From NCBI GenBank assembly GCA_050123495.1, contig JASFGZ010000001.1, positions 1 to 43,166 of the forward strand: DNA of 43,166 bases. Reading direction: 5' to 3'. Under the pieces are notes generated by a model. It saw nothing but the letters and a program-made list of their open reading frames with translations. It searched no databases and was not told where the DNA came from. The translations under genes and the position numbers were made by a program. This DNA comes from Desulfobacterales bacterium. GTDB lineage: Bacteria; Desulfobacterota; Desulfobacteria; Desulfobacterales; JAHEIW01. Shown here piece after piece: positions 26,364 to 34,622 of the stretch. How positions within the stretch are numbered: position 1 is the first letter of the stretch; every line of letters starts with the position of its first letter.

Positions 26364-27818
26364 CTACTTGTTGTCCCTTTCGAATTTGCGTAATAATCTG
26401 TTGCCTTTCTCAGCGGCTTCGTCCAGGCCCTGCTGGGCGGTTTTTTGCCCGGCGAAGATGGCTTCCAGGGTGTCATACATAATTGAGCGCATTTGCACAA
26501 AATTGCCGAATCGCAAACCTCTTGAGTTTTCAGTAGGCGCGTTTAGCGTCATCTGTTTCAGCGCCGTTTCCATCTGAGGATTTTTGTCATAAAAACCCTG
26601 TTTCTTTTTCAGATCATAGGCAGCTAATGTAATGGGCAAATAACCGGTGAATTCATGCCAGTCCGCCTGGACCTCAGGTTTTGACAGATGGTTGAAAAAC
26701 GCTGCCACGCCCTTATATTCTTCGGGCGAATGGCCTTGTAATACCCAAAGACTGGCGCCGCCAATAATGGTGTTTTGTGGAGCGCCGCTGGCATCCGGCC
26801 AGTAAGGCAGCATACTGGTGCCAAATTCAAACTTACACGTCCTTTTGAAACCGGCATATCCGGCTGAGGACTCCGTATGCATCGCAACTTGCCCGGAACT
26901 AAACAATGCATTGCCTATGTTTCGCCGTCCGCCGTAAACGAAGACTTTTTCTTTCTGCCAGTCGGCCAGCTGCTGAATATGTTTGGCATGCAGGGGACTG
27001 TTGAAGACGAACTTGGTATCCAATCCGCCGAACCCATTGGCTTTGGTTCCAATGGGCTGATTATGCCAGGCGCTGAAGTTTTCTATTTGAATCCATGAGA
27101 TCCATGATGTTGAGAAGCCCGCGGTAATCACGTCTCTTTGCGTATCAACAAGTATTTCATTGACTTTTGCAGCGTTATCTTTCATCTCAGCCTTTTCCAA
27201 GGCCGCCTTGGCTTCTTTCAGCGCCTTGACAACGGGCTCTATTTTTGCAGCTTGGCCTGCATAGGCAGCCACTATTTTTCTTGAATACTCAGCGACTTCC
27301 GGCCAGGTTTTAGGCGGCTTATTCGGATCCAGCCCTGCACTTTTAAAGGCTTGTTTATTATACCAAAGAACAGGGGTGGAACTGTTGAAGGGCATGGACA
27401 ACATTTTTCCTTCCGGTGTCGTATAATAGCCCGTCACGGTTGGAAGATAAACCTTCGGATCGAATGGAAGCCCCGATTCCGCCATGACTTCGTAAACCGG
27501 TTTTATGGCCCCTTTGGCGGCCATCATTGTCGCTGTGCCGACTTCAAAAACCTGCAAGATATGCGGTGGGTTCTTTGCTCGAAAAGCGGCAATGCCGGCC
27601 ATCATAGTGTCATGATAGTTTCCCTTATAGGTCGCCACCACCTTATACTGACTCTGGCTGGCATTAAAATTGGCGACTATTTCCTGGACCTTTTCCCCCA
27701 GTCGGCCGCCATGGGCAAACCACCAGTTGATCGTAATCGGTTCTGCCAGCGCACTTGCCGGAAATACGACCAGTGCGATGATGGCGCCGATAAAAACGAA
27801 TTTACGTAAATTAATCAT
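26364..27818 (-). CDS. ugpB: sn-glycerol-3-phosphate-binding periplasmic protein UgpB with an extra ~40-aa helical insertion
   Basis: Colinear with E. coli UgpB (YKGNY..., ILQVFEVGTATMMA, PFNSSTPVLWYNK, IIGGASLWV, TGYLPIT). Has a signal peptide. Insertion AAYAGQAAKIEPVVKALKEAKAALEKAEMKDNAAKVNEILVDTQRD. Confidence 0.88.
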   Translation of the reverse strand: MINLRKFVFIGAIIALVVFPASALAEPITINWWFAHGGRLGEKVQEIVANFNASQSQYKVVATYKGNYHDTMMAGIAAFRAKNPPHILQVFEVGTATMMAAKGAIKPVYEVMAESGLPFDPKVYLPTVTGYYTTPEGKMLSMPFNSSTPVLWYNKQAFKSAGLDPNKPPKTWPEVAEYSRKIVAAYAGQAAKIEPVVKALKEAKAALEKAEMKDNAAKVNEILVDTQRDVITAGFSTSWISWIQIENFSAWHNQPIGTKANGFGGLDTKFVFNSPLHAKHIQQLADWQKEKVFVYGGRRNIGNALFSSGQVAMHTESSAGYAGFKRTCKFEFGTSMLPYWPDASGAPQNTIIGGASLWVLQGHSPEEYKGVAAFFNHLSKPEVQADWHEFTGYLPITLAAYDLKKKQGFYDKNPQMETALKQMTLNAPTENSRGLRFGNFVQMRSIMYDTLEAIFAGQKTAQQGLDEAAEKGNRLLRKFERDNK

Positions 27819-28557
27819 TTCGTCCTCCTTTCCGTTATAAAGGTTAGCTTGCCTTACATACCTTCAAAAATTTGACTTGATCGCTAACAGAAATGAGAAA
27901 TAAATTTTAAATGGTAAGCGGGCTAGAAAAAAATCCAAATAAAACTGAAAAATTAGGCCATCCATCGGTTTGTGCTGTCGCCGCTAGCTTTTCAGCGACT
28001 ATCATGTTCTGGGTCCAGAGAGCTGCGCCTGGCCGAACTGCAGCTTGAAATCAAGACTTAGCCAGCTGTAAATGAGAATGTGAACACGATGCATTGTCCC
28101 GTGGCGAGCTGGTTCTCTCCAACTTTGCATGATCCATGCCGTTGACAGAAAAATAAAATTAAAGAGCATATTCAAGAAGTTATTGATGCGACAGTATGAT
28201 TTTAATTTAATGCGATCTTGATTTTTGAAAAATTACAAAATTTTTTTTCGCAAATCTTCGAAAATCAAAGGTTTTTCCAAAAAACAATCAAAAGGGTGGC
28301 TATTCGGCAATTATCCGGAGCGTTTTCGCAGTTTATATTAAGCAGATTATGTGTTCCATAGTCAAGAAAATCCTTCATAAAATAATCTCTGCTGGCAGCG
28401 GACGCTGATGTCTTCGTTTTGCTTATTTTATCGTGCTCTGATATGAAGAAATGGTTTTGGTTTGATTGACGATTGAAGAATATTTAACCGCGGATGAGCT
28501 GATCATTCCGAGCCGGAAAAATCTGACCTGACGCCTCAACCGGAAGCTGTCAGCGAG

Positions 28558-28992
28558 ATGGTGGTAAAGATATTGCTTGAAGAAAAGATTTCAGATCAGG
28601 CGCGTATTCTTTCCTTTGACTGGCGCAACCTGATACATATTCAGAAAATCGCCCCGGATATTTCAACCGTTTACATTTCCCTCGAAGGGGAGCGCTTGAA
28701 CAACATCAAGCCCGGCCGACCCGGGGCTTCTCCATGGATGGCAGGTGTTGATATCGATGACTTTGCCGGATCCATTCCACATGCGGTTCAGGCGGCCGGC
28801 GGCCGCTATTGGGCCCCTTACTATAAGCATGTGACCATCAGCAATATTCAAACGGCGCATCAGTTAGGCATCCAGGTATTTGTGTGGACGCCTGATTCCC
28901 GTTCGGAAATGAAGCGCCTCATTGATATGGGAGTGGATGGCATCATTACCAACCGTCCGGATATTCTCAAGGCGGTATTGAAAGACGCCTAG
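28558..28992 (+). pseudogene. N-terminally truncated glycerophosphodiester phosphodiesterase fragment
   Basis: Only the C-terminal half of a GDPD barrel is present (...ILSFDWRNLIHIQKIAPDI...VFVWTPDSRSEMKRLIDMGVDGIITNRPDIL). The HRG/PENT catalytic N-terminus is missing and no SD is evident. Confidence 0.6.
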
Positions 28993-29072
28993 TTAAAGTT
29001 CTCAACTGAAATTAAATTCATGTTATATATTTTTTTAGATTATTCTTCGGCCAGCAGCAGCGCTTTACCTGC

Positions 29073-29101
29073 TTGACATTTAACGCCAAAATGCTTATAA
29101 T
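29073..29101 (+). promoter_or_regulatory. perfect-consensus sigma-70 promoter
   Basis: TTGACA (29073-29078), an exactly 17-nt spacer, then TATAAT (29096-29101). It lies about 225 nt upstream of the 1037-aa gene. Confidence 0.7.
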
Positions 29102-29324
29102 GTGTTGAAAAGTTTATAAATATTTAATTCGCTAATCATTGCATTTAAACAAAACGCATCTGTTTGAGTTTTAGCCTTGATATATTCAGCCCCGAAGGTT
29201 GTCCATCCCGGAGCTTGACTCCTACTTATAAATGAAAGTAAACTTTTCACAGGCGGTTTCATTTTCGTCTGACCAAATTTTTATGTGCTTTTAAACCCTG
29301 GATCATTCAAAATTATAAAAAATT

Positions 29325-32300
29325 ATGAGACTCTGTCCCAAATGTGATCAGCCGGTTGCCGAAGAAATTACCCTTTGTCCTGCCTGCGGAAACCAAATCG
29401 GCGAAGGCAGAAAATACATCGACGATTACCGGATTGTGGATATTCTCCACGAAGGTCACTCCAGTTTTCTTTGCCGGGCGATTCGGGAGCGCACCGGTGA
29501 AATGGTCATGATCCGCCTGTTTACCCCCCAATCGGGCGTAGACGAGCAAGTGGCCGAAAGGCTCAAACAGGAGCTGGAACGTCTCAAAAATTTGCCGGAT
29601 AAAGGCTTTGTCCGTCATTATGCCATCCGCCGCTCAACCGATGGGCTCTGGTATCGGATCAGCGAGTGGATCGATACGGAAAGCTGGGGGTCGTTGCTGA
29701 CATCCGGTCGGCTTAAAGACCGCCAGGTGGCTTTTGATCTGTTTTTCCAGATGGCATCCATCCTGACCGTGCTACACAATGAAGGTTACTTTATTCCCCA
29801 TCTCATCTTGAATGACATTATGCTGGTTAAAGGTGAAAGCGGAAACCTTGAGGTCAAAATCGACTATAAGCTTTCGCGTTTCTTCGATCCCAAACTCGAC
29901 CGTCCCGGCCCGATGCTTAAAAAGCTATTGAACTGTCATCCGGATATCATTAACCAGCGTCCCCTTGATTTTAGAAGTGATATCTGGTCGCTGGGTAAAA
30001 TTTTCGTGGAACTGCTTTCAGCCGACGTGGAAATCACCGACTTTCTGGTCAAGGTCGACAAACTTGATTTACAGGAAGATGCTAAAATTCTTTTTAAGAT
30101 TATGCTGGCCGACGATCCGGACATACGGCCCCGTTCGATGGCCAATGTGGCCGTGTCGCTGGCCCGACTTAAAGAAGGCGAGGTTGAAAAAGTCAAAATA
30201 CCCCAACCTGAAGTGGCCGTGTCCCGAAGAAAGACAATCAGGGGTCTGCAAACAAGGCAAGCGGTGCTGGCCGTATTAATTATCGTTTTATCATTTGCCG
30301 GAGTGCTGGCCTGGTTTCAACTCAGTCAACGCAAAGGAGATTCTACCAGTCAACTTGAAGATTACGCCAATCAGTATTCCCCATCGATTGCATTTATACT
30401 GGTCGAGTATTGGTTGGAAGTTGATAAAGAGAACGTATATCGTAATCTGGCCGAAGGGACGTCATTTTTGGTGGACGATGATGGCTATATGCTCACCAGC
30501 CGTCACGTGGTATGCCCCTGGCTGGAGGATTCCACCCTTTTATCCACTGTCCAGTATTTGCGGCAAAGTGGTAAAATGCCCGAATTTAAATATCGGATTT
30601 TTTTATGGTTTGAAGGGGCACGCGCTTTTAACCGTGTCTCCCGTCTGATGGAAAGTCCGGATTTGACCGATGTGTATTTTGTCGAAAGTGCTTACAGTAC
30701 AGAGTCCGAACCGCGTCTGTTTATCGCCGGCGTGCCCAAGCCGCCGGTGCAAACCCGCCAGGTGATTACATCGCCGCTCAAAGATGATTTTGCCGTTATA
30801 AAAATTAACCCGGTGCCGGAAGGGCTGGTGCCCCTGCCGCTGGATTTAAAATTGGATTCCCAGAGCGTCCCCAAGCTTTCAAAACTTATCACAATCGGAT
30901 TCCCATTGGGCAGTCGCACCCAGGCGGATACGGTCAATGCCAGTGTAACCGGCGGCAGTGTGCGCCGTTCCTTTGAAAATCTTATTCAGGTAGATACGTC
31001 TCTTTACGGTGGTAACAGTGGCGGCCCGATGATTGATAGCCGGGGCAAAGTCATCGGTATCGCAGCCGGTGTGGCGATGGATATCGAACAGGGCTTGATG
31101 CCGACGATAACCCCCCGATGGGACCTGGGAATGGTCTTGCCCATTACCAAAGCCGTGGAATTCCTCGATGAATTAAAATCCGGCCGGGCGAAGTGGAATG
31201 GTGTGCTGGATTTTTCGATCGAGGATACCTTGAAGGCGATTAAGGACAAAGCGACCCAGGGCCTTTGGGCCCAAGCGCAGGCCCTGGCCGATGAAGAACT
31301 CAAGGGCAACCAGCAGCCGGAGATGATTATGGCTGCCGGCATGATACATTTTTGTACCGGAGATTACGCGGGTGCCGGCCAGCTGTTTTCCAAAACGCTT
31401 TCAATGGATCCTGAAAACCCCGAAGCCAGACTCATGCTGTTTTTAATTGATTGGCTTAACGGCGAAGGCACCACGAGTGCTCACCGCGAAGCACTGCTGG
31501 CGCTTGACTGGCGGTCTCCTGGAGAATTTCAGGGATATATGGTGCGCGTTTTGGAGGGCTTAATTGATGAAGTCTCTGCCCTTAAGGGCTGGCATACCTC
31601 GGCTGAAAAAAGCTGGCTGCATTATGCGGTCAGCCTTATCCGTGCTAAAGGCCAGGATTGGGAAGGAGCCGAAAAACTGTTAAGAGAATCCGTGCTTGCC
31701 GCCGATCCAACTGCCTGGGAGTTTTTCGTGGCGCGTTCCAAGCTGGAACAAATGCAAAAACACCGGCAGAAAGCGTTAAAAACCAAAACGCAGTGGTCCA
31801 AATATAGTGAAGATACTCAGGCATTTGATAAAGTCGTCAAGCAAGCGCTGGAAGAGGAAGCAAAGCGTGAAGCCGAGTTGATGCCCTTGATGATGACCTT
31901 TATGGATGAGACCGTTGCGATTGAGAACAAGCGAGATGCGCTCATAAAAATATCTGAATTGTATCCGCAAAACCGCAAAATCCTCGTAACTTTGGCCTTT
32001 TACAGCGCTGCCGACGAAGACTGGTCTCAATCCCTGGAATACACCCGTACGTTCCTCAAGGGTGATGGCCGCCAAAACGCAGATCGGATGAGTCTGGGAA
32101 TTCTGGAAGCCGGAATCTTACATCACCAGGGGCTCGCCGATGAGACACAGACGAGCCTTCAGGAATTCGTCAGCCGGACCATGGATCCATGGTATCTGAC
32201 CATTAGTGATTATCTTTTGGGCAAGCAGACTGAAAAATCACTCCTACAGCAGGCCGGTGGAAGCCCCGAGAACCTTATCACTGCCCACACCGCTCTGGGG

Positions 32301-32438
32301 CTGTGGTCTGAGGGTGGCGGCGATAAGAATAAAGCGATTAAGCATTACCGAGAGGCACTGGGCTCATTTCTTGACACCTGGCTGGAGTATGATTTTTCCA
32401 AAGAACGCCTCAAACGGCTGAAACAGCCTTCCGGATAG
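29325..32438 (+). CDS. multidomain membrane protein: Zn-ribbon, Ser/Thr-kinase-like pseudokinase, TM helix, trypsin-like (S1C) serine protease and TPR-like repeats
   Basis: CPKCDQ..CPACG. Kinase fold with VMIR (for VAIK), HLILND (for HRDLKxxN), DYK (for DFG) and a conserved SDIWSLG. TM AVLAVLIIVLSFAGVLAWFQL (30261-30323). Protease triad contexts TSRHVV / DDFAVIKI / GNSGGPMID. Confidence 0.85.
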   Translation: MRLCPKCDQPVAEEITLCPACGNQIGEGRKYIDDYRIVDILHEGHSSFLCRAIRERTGEMVMIRLFTPQSGVDEQVAERLKQELERLKNLPDKGFVRHYAIRRSTDGLWYRISEWIDTESWGSLLTSGRLKDRQVAFDLFFQMASILTVLHNEGYFIPHLILNDIMLVKGESGNLEVKIDYKLSRFFDPKLDRPGPMLKKLLNCHPDIINQRPLDFRSDIWSLGKIFVELLSADVEITDFLVKVDKLDLQEDAKILFKIMLADDPDIRPRSMANVAVSLARLKEGEVEKVKIPQPEVAVSRRKTIRGLQTRQAVLAVLIIVLSFAGVLAWFQLSQRKGDSTSQLEDYANQYSPSIAFILVEYWLEVDKENVYRNLAEGTSFLVDDDGYMLTSRHVVCPWLEDSTLLSTVQYLRQSGKMPEFKYRIFLWFEGARAFNRVSRLMESPDLTDVYFVESAYSTESEPRLFIAGVPKPPVQTRQVITSPLKDDFAVIKINPVPEGLVPLPLDLKLDSQSVPKLSKLITIGFPLGSRTQADTVNASVTGGSVRRSFENLIQVDTSLYGGNSGGPMIDSRGKVIGIAAGVAMDIEQGLMPTITPRWDLGMVLPITKAVEFLDELKSGRAKWNGVLDFSIEDTLKAIKDKATQGLWAQAQALADEELKGNQQPEMIMAAGMIHFCTGDYAGAGQLFSKTLSMDPENPEARLMLFLIDWLNGEGTTSAHREALLALDWRSPGEFQGYMVRVLEGLIDEVSALKGWHTSAEKSWLHYAVSLIRAKGQDWEGAEKLLRESVLAADPTAWEFFVARSKLEQMQKHRQKALKTKTQWSKYSEDTQAFDKVVKQALEEEAKREAELMPLMMTFMDETVAIENKRDALIKISELYPQNRKILVTLAFYSAADEDWSQSLEYTRTFLKGDGRQNADRMSLGILEAGILHHQGLADETQTSLQEFVSRTMDPWYLTISDYLLGKQTEKSLLQQAGGSPENLITAHTALGLWSEGGGDKNKAIKHYREALGSFLDTWLEYDFSKERLKRLKQPSG

Positions 32439-32476
32439 CCATTCGATTTTGGGCCTGCGACGAGCTCAGCCGAGTC

Positions 32477-32574
32477 GATTGCGGATTTTAAATTTTGGAT
32501 TCACCCTAACGACGCCGGCAACCCCATAAGAGCGATACCCAATACCCAATTCCCAACTTCAACTCTCAATTTCC
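32477..32574. repeat. family F tail (F2) plus a heptamer array, 3' of the large gene
   Basis: GATTGCGGATTTTAAATTTTGGATTCACC (32477-32505), then ATACCCA ATACCCA ATTCCCA ACTTCA ACTCTCA ATTTCC (32535-32574). Confidence 0.65.
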
Positions 32575-32649
32575 TTGACTTCTTGATTTTTTCCCTGATA
32601 ACGAGATAACAGAACAACACGGAAAATTCTTTCATAAGGAGGCCTAACC

Positions 32650-32910
32650 ATGACTGAAGAAGAACAAGTCGGCGTAGTCGCAAAATTTTTTGCCAAACCC
32701 TCAGTTGCGGCAGTAAAGGTGACCCATGGAACCATAAAAAAAGGCGATACGTTAAAATTTATCGGACATACGACGGATTTTATCGAGCAGGTGACCAGCA
32801 TGGAGGTAAACAATCAGTCCGTGGAAGAGGCAACAGCAGGTGATTTTATCGGGTTGAAAGTAAAGGAGCGCGTTCGCGAAAACGACCGGGTTTACAAAGT
32901 GGTTGAATAG
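32650..32910 (+). CDS. stand-alone translation-elongation-factor domain-II-like beta-barrel protein
   Basis: 86 aa: VGVVAKFFAKPSVAAVKVTHGTIKKGDTLKFIG...VTSMEVNNQSVEEATAGDFIGLKV resembles EF-Tu domain 2. Strong SD AAGGAGG upstream. Confidence 0.65.
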   Translation: MTEEEQVGVVAKFFAKPSVAAVKVTHGTIKKGDTLKFIGHTTDFIEQVTSMEVNNQSVEEATAGDFIGLKVKERVRENDRVYKVVE

Positions 32911-32967
32911 CCCGTCATCTATGAGGTGCTGTCTGTTAATGTTATCAAACAACTCTGCGACTCTTTA

Positions 32968-32996
32968 TTGACACTTAAGCATTAACTCTCTATACT
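32968..32996 (+). promoter_or_regulatory. sigma-70 promoter for the aminotransferase gene
   Basis: TTGACA (32968-32973), a 17-nt spacer, then TATACT (32991-32996). It lies about 125 nt upstream of ATG 33123. Confidence 0.65.
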
Positions 32997-33122
32997 CGCA
33001 TTCTTTAAACGGTATTAGAGGTCAACGATGCATATTCTCAGGAGTTTGATATTTTGTTTTTACCCAATCCATTTCTTTTAAAATCGAACCATACTTATAA
33101 AAATTGAAGAAAGGAGTTTCTT

Positions 33123-34295
33123 ATGGCATTGAATCCAACTGAAGCACCATTGAGGAAGTTAATGGGACCCGGCCCGCTGGATATTCATCCACGGGTATAT
33201 CGGGCGCTGACTTCACCGGTCATCGGCCATATGGATCCGGCTTATTTTAAGATTTTAGATCAGGTTGGCGAGGGTCTCCGCCAGGTGTTTCAGACACAGA
33301 ACCAGGTGACCCATGCAACACCGGGGACGGGCACTTCGGGAATGGAGGCCTGTGTTACAAACCTGATGGAACCCGGGGATCAGGTCTTGGTATGTGTTCA
33401 CGGCTATTTTGGCGATCGTGTTCGACAAATGGCCGAACGTCAGGAGGCCGAAGTGACGGTCATTGAGGGTGAATGGGGCAGGCCGACCGACCCCCAGAAG
33501 GTTGCTGAAGCGCTTAAGGCAAAAGCGTACAAGGTCATCACGTTGGTTCATGCCGAAACCTCTACCGGGGTACTTCAACCGATGGACGATATTGTCAGTC
33601 TGGCAAAAGAACATGGCGTGATGATTTTGCTTGATGCGGTGACATCACTGGGGGGTGTGGAGTTAAAGACGGATGAATGGGGGCTGGATGCGGCTTATAG
33701 TTGCTCCCAAAAATGCATCGGTTGCCCTCCCGGACTGGCACCGGTGACATTCAGCGATCGGGCTGTTGAAGCGGCCAAGAACCGCAAGCATCCGATTCGC
33801 AGCTGGTATCTTGATATTACCCTGCTGGATCAGTACTGGGAATCTACCAGAGTGTATCATCACACCAGTTCAAGCACACTGAATTATGCCCTTTTAGAAG
33901 CACTTCTGCTAATTGAAGAAGAGGGACTGCAGAATCGTTTTGAGCGACATTTAAGAAACCATCGGGCACTGGTTGCCGGCGTAGAAGCCATGGGATTGGA
34001 GATGTTGGTCGAAGCTGAGTACCGTTTGCCGACCCTGAATACGATTCGAGTTCCTGAAGGGATAGATGAGGCCAAGGTGCGGGGTTATCTTTTGGATACA
34101 TTCAATCTGGAGATCGGTGCCGGATTGGGCGCACTCAAAGGCCAGGTGTGGCGCGTTGGGTTGATGGGATATTCTTCATCACCTGAAAATGTCCTGTTTT
34201 TCCTGTCTGCAATCAGCCGGGCCCTGGCCATACAGGATTATAAAACCGATTTGATGGCCGGGTCGGAAGCGGCAATGTCGCTATTAAATGCCTGA
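33123..34295 (+). CDS. class V aminotransferase, alanine-glyoxylate / serine-pyruvate aminotransferase-like
   Basis: LMGPGPLDIHPRV..., VIGHMDP, HAETSTGVLQP, and the PLP-Lys context SCSQKCIGCPPG. Colinear with human AGXT as I recall it. SD AAAGGAG upstream. Confidence 0.85.
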   Translation: MALNPTEAPLRKLMGPGPLDIHPRVYRALTSPVIGHMDPAYFKILDQVGEGLRQVFQTQNQVTHATPGTGTSGMEACVTNLMEPGDQVLVCVHGYFGDRVRQMAERQEAEVTVIEGEWGRPTDPQKVAEALKAKAYKVITLVHAETSTGVLQPMDDIVSLAKEHGVMILLDAVTSLGGVELKTDEWGLDAAYSCSQKCIGCPPGLAPVTFSDRAVEAAKNRKHPIRSWYLDITLLDQYWESTRVYHHTSSSTLNYALLEALLLIEEEGLQNRFERHLRNHRALVAGVEAMGLEMLVEAEYRLPTLNTIRVPEGIDEAKVRGYLLDTFNLEIGAGLGALKGQVWRVGLMGYSSSPENVLFFLSAISRALAIQDYKTDLMAGSEAAMSLLNA

Positions 34296-34322
34296 TTAAG
34301 ATATGGCACACATCTGAACTTG

Positions 34323-34602
34323 TTAAATAGCCACAGACCCACACAGACAATATTATTGCCTTGGCCGACCCCCGCGATAAGGCTTTGCCTTCCTCGGGGT
34401 AAGCTGGCCACAGCAAAACTGCATGCCCTATGGGCAAACAGTTTTAATGGTTACTTCAAGCTGGTCGGACATTTAAAAACACATTGGCATTATAATCCAT
34501 ATTTAGAAGATATTTCCCGCGAAGCGGGATGACATTTTTTTGCCGAGCGGGTCGCTCGGCAAAATAATCTGCGTCATTCTGCGTGCATCTGCGGTTAATT
34601 TA
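34323..34602. repeat. composite family C element with imperfect terminal inverted repeats and a nested D-like fragment
   Basis: Left end TTAAATAGCCACAGACCCACACAGACA. Right end CTGCGTCATTCTGCGTGCATCTGCGGTTAATTTA is its approximate reverse complement. Inside: the C1-like hairpin block, TTAGAAGATATTTCCCGCGAAGCGGGAT, and the 8-bp hairpin GCCGAGCG/CGCTCGGC. Confidence 0.75.
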
Positions 34603-34622
34603 GGAAAAAGGTCAAAAAGAAG

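Noticed and set aside
27351-27809. Long antisense ORFs inside ugpB (152 aa), the dehydrogenase (9020-9466), the lsrF-like gene (9685-10092) and the lyase gene (19603-19933).
   Set aside because: Each lies opposite a gene with strong family motifs. They have no SDs and have Arg/Gly/His-rich compositions typical of reverse-frame artefacts in GC-richer genes.
30540-30548. TTATCCACT, an 8-of-9 match to the DnaA box. It was of interest because the Y1 transposase carries a DnaA-like HTH.
   Set aside because: It is a single occurrence inside a coding region 23 kb from the element, with no cluster of boxes and no AT-rich unwinding element. It is consistent with chance.
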